Below, piece after piece: positions 55,630 through 64,000 of a stretch of 64,000 nucleotides of DNA. Numbering within the stretch: the stretch's first letter is position 1; the number at the start of each line of letters is the position of its first letter. The notes beneath the pieces are model-generated. The model worked only from the letters and a program-made list of their open reading frames with translations. It did not search any database and had not been told where the DNA came from. Position numbers and translations under genes: made by a program. The stretch is taken from contig OX597816.1 of NCBI GenBank assembly GCA_951406725.2, positions 3,410,001-3,474,000 of the forward strand, given 5' to 3'. Origin of the DNA: Octopus vulgaris. Lineage: Eukaryota.

Positions 55630-56162
55630 GCGAATTTTTTCCCCACGAGAGTTCCGGACCCCAGTTATGAATTCATTTGCATACAGCAAGTCAGAGCTCA
55701 ACTTTCAAACTAATTTAGGAACGCGTAACAAGTGATGGGCGATAAGATAAGGTCTCTTGGGTAAGGAATGGCCATGCTTCTTTTCTCTTTTAAGAATGCT
55801 TGTTGTTCTTGTTCATGTTTCAACCACGGCTGCCTTTGCGTAGTTATTTGTGTTGTTTGCTTTCTAAAACAGTAAGAGGAGAGGGTTGCTAGCACATCAC
55901 CCTCTACCCACATTTTTCCCATCCACATCCTTACCCTATGGGGCCCTAACAAAACCCGATAATAGGTATAGATGCAAATTTATTTAATTACTTGTCTCCT
56001 TCTAAAATCAGGCATAACTTGGCGATCGGTCGACTTGAGTCTACTTGGTAGAGTGTGTTTGTTAACTCGACAACAAGGTCAAGGTGAGCTCTGATTGGCT
56101 GTATGCAAATGAATTCCTTACTGGGGTCCGGAACTCTCGTGGGGAAAAGAAAAAATTTTCGC
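55630..56162. mobile_element. Mutator-like MITE with ~70-bp TIRs and 9-bp TSD
   Basis: TSD tgacgggat at 55621-55629 and 56163-56171. TIR gcgaa..ttttccccacgagagttccggaccccagt..gaattcatttgcatacagc, with its reverse complement at about 56085-56162. Confidence 0.85.
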
Positions 56163-58944
56163 TGACGGGATTTGAGCTTCAGAATATTTTACAAAGCATT
56201 TGTTGAGGTATTTTACTGATTCCATTAAAGACACCAGCAGTATAACTGAAATGAAAGTTTAATGCAGAACATTGCTTCTATGTAAACCAGTGTGTTTTGT
56301 AATAAATCACCTATTACTTGTTTTTCCACATTGAGCTCGCTCGCTGGTCACGGAGAGCCTATGAAGGTTAGGGGCACAACACCCACCTCCACGATGAATG
56401 AGAGAGAGAGAGAGAGAGAGTGTGGCGTAGCAAGAAAGTGTACCACCAGCCTTTGAGTTTGCGCAGCTTCCCGTCCCTTGTATAAGCTTATACAGCAGGA
56501 CCAAAAGTACATAAGTGTCATCGGGGCAGATTGCCCCCCCCCCCCACCAGCCACGCTACTGGGAGAGAGAGAGAGTCTCGTCAGTTTTTTTAAAATTGTA
56601 AATATCTTTTAATTGTTCTTTTCCACAATAACTTCTCATTTAGAGGCCTATCAACTTTTTACAAACATTAAGCAGAAACCCCATTCGTTAATGTTGGTAA
56701 TTTGGGTGCCACTAATTTATTTATCCATTTCGATAGGATTTTGGGAAAGTCGTTAGAGTAAGAGGTAAACTCTGAGCGAGAGAGTTTCGATTTCAAGTGA
56801 AAGCCATCTTTTCAATTACGTCACTTGCTTACACTTCGAGGAGAGAAAAAAGAAAAACTTGGGATTTCGCCCACTCCGAAAGATACTGGATTTAGGGCCG
56901 GGACATGAAATTTATTAAGTAAACACAAATAAAATGGTGTAACATCGAATCCTGATCTTCGTATTTTTAAGATCGAATTATTAGAAAGTTAAACTCGCAA
57001 TATCTGTTTTCAGCACGAAATAAAATAAACAATTAATTATCAAATACTAAATCATCGATGCATAGAAATAGGTGCTATTATATATGTATATACTCACATC
57101 GATACATTGTTAATACTGTTTGGGGTCATCTGCACTGACCTCAAAATACAGGTGTTGGCATTTCTGTTGACCAAAATACAATGTATTTTGACTAAATATT
57201 TATTTATTTAAGTTGCCAGTTACAATGGATACAACAAGAATAAATCTGACAACGATCTGATCAATAGAACAACAGCAGACGGACATTAACAAGGAGAAAT
57301 CGATTTTGTGAAAGTGAAACAAACTGATTTTCTGTTCTGTCCGTCATAGAAGACGAGAAGGGGTTACACACATACATACATATATACATACATACACACA
57401 CACACACGTATGTATATATATATATATATATGTGTGTGTGTACTGAGATCGTTTAGAAATAAGGGTTGAAAATAGCGATACAAAAAAAAGACAGGTGAGA
57501 AAAAATATATATATAAAAAGAGAAAGTTCTTACCTGGACACTAAAAAAACAAATGAAGTTGAGATACTAATATGCATATTTCCAACACAGTAATTCGATT
57601 CTATTAAATATAATTGATCGTTAATTAAATGACAATATGTGCTTCTCTTCAACAAATTTGTTTAAAAATTACGAAATATTAAAAAACTATTTTCATGGCT
57701 CTACACGGTGTAAGGTGACACCAGAAATACTCCACTTGTTCACGGACAGAATTTAACTTAAATAAATTTCACTTTATTTATTTAAAAATATCATTCAGAG
57801 GACTTTCAAATAATAAAATAAAATATATATTACGATTTTTATCTATTTTGATTCTATACTTCATGTTAAACGAATGAAAGAGAAATTTTAGAAGTGGACT
57901 AAATATTCACAGTAGATTATTTTCGCTTTACTCCGAGCACTCTTTCCAGGAAAATGTTTATTTCTCGACGAAATAAAAACAACGAATTTATTAAATTCTA
58001 TTATTATATTGAGACTTAAATATCTTTCTCTCTCTGAACAGAAAAAAAATCCACAGATATGTATTCGATGGTAAATATTAATTTCTGTTTGTTTTTAAAA
58101 CTTTTTTTTAACTTTTAAAGCATTAATTTGTCTTCCAAACTCCTTTCTTTTACGACTTTATAATATTTTCCCTTCTGGTTTTTTCTTTCGTTTATTAATT
58201 AAATCAAGTTTCTAATCAGCTGCTAAATCTTCTGCCTTTACAAAAATAAACTATATTATAAACCAGGCCGCAACTTCCTTCGTCTTTTAGCTTCATTTAA
58301 ATCCACTTCTGTGGTTAAAACACTTCTCCACCAGTTTATTACGGAAAATGATTTAATGCTTTGTCTTAAACGCAAACATGTACACACATAATAATAATAA
58401 TGATTAATTCTCGTTTATTGGCCACAAGGGCTAACAAAAATCGAATAAAACATGTAAGGACAAAACACAGGACGAAAGTTACAAAAGGGTTTTGTCCGTT
58501 TGAAAAGTCCGTGTAAAAATGCAAGATAACAACGAATATATAACAAGTAAAAACTCCCAATAGAGGGAGGCGCTTCGAAAGGTTACTCGTGGAAAAACCC
58601 ATAAAAGCCACGGGAGCCTGATGTGTGTGTAGTTTGGAACTCCAGGTGTGTGTCCCACCAACTTTGTTATTGATAACTTTCCTAAAGTCACCAGGAAACG
58701 AATGTTTGGTGGTGGGGCAGCCATATGCAGTTTATGCCTTAATTTCTGTCTTTCTTGTTTTTAATTTTTATTTTTTCGTTTGGAAAGTAAATGAATATTC
58801 TACAGGGCTTAAACTACATACTTCTGCGTCCCTAAAACCAACGACTGCCCCCCTTTTTTTAAAATATTAATCAAGGTTTTTTTCTTTTTTTTCCCCCAAA
58901 ATACTGATTAACCTTCTTTTGTCGAAGAGTTATTGAGGACATGA

Positions 58945-59152
58945 CAGTGGTGACTAGTCGATTCTACAACGACTACCTAGCAAAGTAAATAAAGTCACGA
59001 CTAGTCGATCCTTACTTTGTGTTTTTGTGTGTTATTTACTTTGTTTAAAAAAATTATTTTGTGTTTTATTTACTTTGATAGGTAGTCGTTGTAGGATCGA
59101 CTAGTCACGACTAGCTAGCGCGACTACGCGAGTGCGCGCACCGGGACCACTG
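58945..59152. mobile_element. Foldback/hAT-like MITE relic with 44-bp inverted repeat
   Basis: Arms 58950-58993 and 59065-59108 (2 mismatches); outer CAGTGG...CCACTG termini; no TSD seen. Confidence 0.55.
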
Positions 59153-60889
59153 TTCTCAAATAGTACCAAACTCTTTTCTTTGTTCTTTAAACCTGACACT
59201 TCATGAGTCGTGTTTTCTCGAAACTGCGCATTTGTTTTACAGCTTGGAAATCATAGAATTTGTTATGCATCAGTTCGGTTTGAACTGATTTGGACAGTAA
59301 TTGCTTCTTTCCTTTTTTTCGTTTCAGGGGTCTTATGAATGTGAAGAGTTTTATTTTCTGTTGAAAAGTCGATGTGTTTTGTGGGTGAATGAGATAATAA
59401 TTTTGCAGAAAAGTAATCGTATTTCTTATATTTGCTGTTAATCGTTCTCTCTGCTGTTAAACATTTGGTACACTCGGGTAGTTATAGCCATGTTTTTCTC
59501 ACATTAATTAGAAATTTAATCAAAATATTTGGTGGATCGAACATTTCCAGAATCTTGTCAGCACCTTTCGGTCCTCTATTTTATTCTTGTTCCTTAGTAA
59601 TCTCGTTTTGTAGGAAAACATTTTCACTTTATGGCCTTGAAACTCTGCTGTTGACAAGGTGAGCAGTTTTAGTTTCATGGGGCCCTGGAAGCGAAAATCT
59701 AATGTATGATCAAAGAAGGGTTGTGACCATTCTGCCATTTAGTCAAACAGTCTCTCTAGCATTTCTTTTTAGTTTTTTAACATGCCCTTCTTTTGTAAAA
59801 CAATAGGGTGTGATCTGTTGGTGGTTTGACTGCTATTTCTATTCTTATTTCTTTATTGCCTACAAGGGGCTAAGCATAGAGGGGACAAACAAGGACAGAC
59901 AAAGGGATTAAGTCGATTACATCGACCCCAGTGCACAACTGGTACTTATTTAATCGACCCCGAAAGGATGAAAGGCAAAGTCGACCTTGGTGGAATTTGA
60001 ACTCAGAACATAGTGGCAGACGAAATACCTATTTCTTTACTACCCACAAGGGGCTAAACACAGAGAGGACAAACAAGGACAGACAAACGGATTAAGTCGA
60101 TTACATCGACCCAGTTCGTAAGTGGTACTTAATTTATCAACCCAGAAAGGATGAAAGGCAAAGTTGACCTCGGCGGAATTTGAACTCAGAACGTAACGGC
60201 AGACGAAATACCACTAAGCATTTTGCCCGGAGCGCGAACGTTTCTGCCAGCTCGCTGCCTTTATTTCTTTCTATTCTAATAACTGTATTAATGTTCCCAT
60301 GTCAGTTCAGTGCACCTTGTAAAGTGGTTGGTGTTAGGAAATGCATCCAGCTTTAGAATCTACACCAAAACTGATTTTGGAGCTCAAAAACAACCTCCAC
60401 AGCCAGCCAGATCCTATAAAACTGTCCGACTCTTGTCAGCTTTGAAAACGGACATTAGATGATGATGATGATGTTGACACCTAAATATATAAGATGGGCT
60501 TCTCTCAGTTTCTCTCTCTGTGACCAACTCATAAAGCCTTGGTCAGTTGAGGGCTTTAGTAACAGACACATGACCAAAGTGCTGTGCAGTGGGACTGAAT
60601 CTACAACCACAGGAGTGGGAAGCAACCACACGGCCATGGTCGACAATTTCTCTCTTTGTATACGTCAGTTAACAATGATAGAAAATTTCTAAATGCTAAT
60701 CAGTCAATTTGCTTTAATGATTAAAGTCTAACAGATTAACCTCAATCGATGAAACATGCAGATAACCCAATTTGAAGAATCAGCCAGTAGATACAGCATC
60801 ATCATTACTGTCATGATGTAATGTCTATGGTCCATTGGTCTGTGCTGGAATAGGTTTGATAGCTGAACTATCAAACTAACTTATGAGCG

Positions 60890-61280
60890 CATGAGATGGG
60901 CGATAAGATAAGGTCACTTTGGTAAGGAATGACCATGCTTCTTTTCCCTTTTAAGAATGCTTGTTGTTCTTGTTCCAACCATGGCTGCCTCTGCGTAGTT
61001 ATTTGTGTTGTTGTTTAATTTCTAAAACAGTAAGGGGAGAGGGTTGCTTGCACATCACCCTCTACCCACATTTTTACCATCCACATCCTTACCCTATGGG
61101 GCCCTAACAAAACCCGATAATGGGTATAGAAGCAAATCTCTCTAATTACTTGTCTCCTTCTAAAATCAGGCATAACTTGGGCGATCTGTTGACTTAAAAC
61201 AACACTGTTCTTCATCTTGAGTCTACTTGGTAGAGTGTGTTAACTTGACAACAAAGTCAAGGTGAGCTCTGATTGACTGT
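60890..61280. mobile_element. Second, end-truncated copy of the MITE internal region
   Basis: Near-identical to 55735-56100 (gatgggcgataagataaggtc...gagctctgattg). Confidence 0.85.
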
Positions 61281-62609
61281 TCAACACTTCAATGGACTCA
61301 AATGAGCCAGATGACCATCACTGCTTTGGCATGGTTTCCATAGCTGTATGCCTTTCCTGATGCCAATTACTTTACAGGGTGGACTAGGTACTTTATTTCG
61401 TGGCCCTAGCAATTTGCAAGACAAAAACCTCTCAACTGTCTGAAGTGGAGCAGTATTGTATGTGGTGATGAGAGCTTAAAGTATGACAATGAGGAATGGG
61501 TGCCTTGCTGCAGAGGACTACATGACCATCCCACTAGGAAAGGAAGATGAATGGTAGAAATGAAGTGACATGGCATTCCCTCAGGGTAGCAAAAAAGTGG
61601 ATAACAAAAGAATAAAGAGAGAGAATCGAGGATGGATGGGTGGGTGGCCCTTGCAAGAGAGTGACGGATGGTTAGAGGTGAAGAAAGAGATGAACGTAGA
61701 GAATGGTGAACATGGGTGGAAGTGTGGTCGATGGTGAATACTCTTTTACTTGGTTCAGTCATTTGACTGCAGCCATGCTGGAGCACCGCCTTTAGTTGAG
61801 CAAATCAACCCCAGGACTTATTCTTTGTAAGCCTTGTACTTATTCTATCAGACTCTTTTGCCAAACCGCAAAGTTATTGCGACATAAATACACCAGCATC
61901 GGTCGTCAAGTGATGTTGGGGGGACAAACACAGACACACAAACATATACACACACATACATATATATGTATACATATATATGATGGGTTTCTTTCAGTTT
62001 CCATCTACCAAATCCACTCACAAAGCTTTGGTCAGCCCGAGGCTATAATAGAAGACACTTGTGCAAAGTGCCACACAGTGGGATTGAATCCAGAACCATG
62101 TGGCTGGTAAGCAAGCTACTTACCACACAGCCACTCCTGTGTCTGGGAAGAATAAATGTAAAAAAGTTACTGATCCAAGGCAGGGAAAAATGAGATTGTG
62201 TGATATTCAACTATTCCTTGTAGCATGAAGTTTGCTTCCCAACCACATGGTTCTGGGTTCAGTCCCACTGTCCGGTACTTTGGGCAAGTGACTTCTGTTA
62301 TAGCCTGGGGCTGACCAAAGCCTTGTAAGTGGATTTGGTAGACGGAAACTGAAAGAAGCTCGTTGTAAATTTATATGTATGTGTGTCTTTGTGTCTGTGT
62401 TTGTCCTCCAACATTGATTGAAAGCCGGTGTTGGTGTATTTACATCCCTATAACTTAGCAATTCTTCTAAAGAAACTGATAGAATAAGTACTGAGATTTA
62501 AAAATAAAAATAAGTACATTGGTCATTTTGATGGCCTAAATTTCTTCCAGGCAGTGCCCCAGCATAGCTGCAGGGTAAAAAGAAAGTGAAACTCATATTC
62601 ATGCAAGAA

Positions 62610-62991
62610 CTAGCAGTATCGCCCGGTGTTGCTCGGGTTTGTTTCGACCCTTTAGAATTGGAATTTTTGAAAAGTAAAAATGTTGCATTATGTAGCTTGT
62701 TATTCTCTTTAAGTGGACGTTTTTCTAGTTGAAATACACCGAAAAATGGCGACACAGCAGTAAAAAAATAGGGATTTTCATAGGAAAAAAGCACTTTTTT
62801 TATGTAAATAATTTTTAGTGTTGCCGTGGTCTGATTTGAATTTTTTCTTCAACGGAAGGAAGAGCAAGCCTTCTTCTATCATACTCTCAATTTTGGTCAA
62901 CTTGTGCCACAGGGTCTCGGAGGAGATAGTGTTAGTTGAAGGCTACCAAACCTGCCATACACAGACAACTTCAGCTTTATATAGATATAGA
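62610..62991 (-). mobile_element. Non-autonomous Helitron (same 3' end as 54253-54632, different body)
   Basis: Minus strand: A|TCtatatctatataaagctgaagttgtctg...cccgagcaacaccgggcgatactgCTAG|T. Confidence 0.8.
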
Positions 62992-63271
62992 TTAGCTCTG
63001 TGCATGAGTTATTTCCCTTGGTTTAGAATTCTGAGACTTGTTAACGAAACCAGTGCAGTGTATCTCACACATCAAACACTGTTTGTAAGAAATTATATAA
63101 AATAATAAAATGTAACTTTATTAAAAAAAAGCATCAGGTTTCTCTCATTGTATTATATTATCAATGAAATTATCCACATCCTTTTAAAGGAATTTTATTC
63201 TTTTGACTTATTAATAAGGGTGGGTCTCCAAAAAGTCCTCTTTTACAAGTCTTTCCATCAATGAATATTTC

Positions 63272-63633
63272 TTACCTCCACCTTAACGAAAGCAGAGGTA
63301 TTGTTTTCAGTCGTGTTTGTTTGTTTGTTTGTTTGCCCATGGATAAGATGTCTCAAGAACCGATGGATGAAACTTTCAGAGATGTTTGGCCTCGTGACTG
63401 GCATGAACTGATTAGATTTTGGTATAGATCCGGTACCGGACAAGGATTCTGGATTATTTTTTGTTCTTTTTTAATTACTTTTTGAGAATGACCAGGTTCA
63501 TTTTTTAGTATTCTCGTTTGTGAGAGCAGTCGGGTTTATTTCAGATATTCTCATTTTAAAAATCATCTCTGGTTAATTGTTGAGAGAACGTCGGTGTTGC
63601 CTTGGCAGAGGTTTGTGCTCTCTGAGTGCTTTT
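63272..63633 (+). mobile_element. Helentron/DINE-1-like (HINE) non-autonomous element
   Basis: 5' ttacctccacc...gcagaggta inverted repeat, (TTTG)n microsatellite, 3' ttggcagaggt sub-TIR followed by hairpin gtgctctctgagtgc and a T-run. Confidence 0.75.
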
Positions 63634-63793
63634 ATTATTATTATCATCATTGTTTTTATCTCCTTCCATTCTTACTGATATGAGTTGGAGGGAAACTTTT
63701 TGAAGCAGTGTTTCATGAGCAAACATCTTCCCTGATGCTAACCCTCTCGCTTAGTTGCTTCTTATGATATGCAGGGATACAATGTATCTATTC

Positions 63794-64000
63794 TATTGGG
63801 TTGTCCGGAAAGTTCGTGCTGATTTTTAAAAGAAAGAAAAAGGTCAATAAATATTTGCCAAATATGAACCATTTTGTTGCACAATGCGTCGCCATCTTTC
63901 CTTTAACTTGAAAATACCCTCTTCCCAAAATTGAGGTGGTTTCAAGGCAAAGAATTCATTAAGATATCTTTTTACATCATCCAAGGAATTGAGATTTTTA
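63794..64000 (-). mobile_element. Mariner transposon 3' end (runs off window)
   Basis: TA plus TIR ttgggttgtccggaaagttcgtg. Minus strand encodes KNLNSLDDVKRYLNEFFALKPPQFWEEGIFKLKERWRRIVQQNGSYL, the mariner transposase C-terminus. Confidence 0.88.

Overview
Eukaryotic (animal) genomic DNA, AT-rich and dense in microsatellites and transposon relics. The SINE families and repeat landscape suggest a coleoid cephalopod, probably Octopus (inference, not proven). Almost all ORFs in the supplied track are simple-repeat artefacts. One host gene is well supported: a minus-strand ankyrin-repeat/SOCS-box (ASB-like) gene with two coding exons (51535-51712 and 47433-48556; GT-AG intron in matching phase; about 433 aa). 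The rest is mobile DNA: a 5'-truncated CR1-group LINE with a 635-aa open RT, RTE and R4/Dong fragments, a Helitron PIF1-helicase relic, two non-autonomous Helitrons, a Helentron-like element, a mariner end, a Mutator-like MITE with a 9-bp TSD, and many tRNA-derived SINEs. The most notable signal is a set of seven type-I hammerhead ribozyme motifs in four unrelated sequence families. One family is a Penelope-like element whose terminal repeat joins the endonuclease C-terminus, a tRNA-derived Pol III promoter, an (AAT)n spacer and a minimal hammerhead. Another hammerhead lies in sense orientation about 170 nt downstream of the ASB stop codon. All calls were read by eye; repeat boundaries are approximate and no database searches were run.
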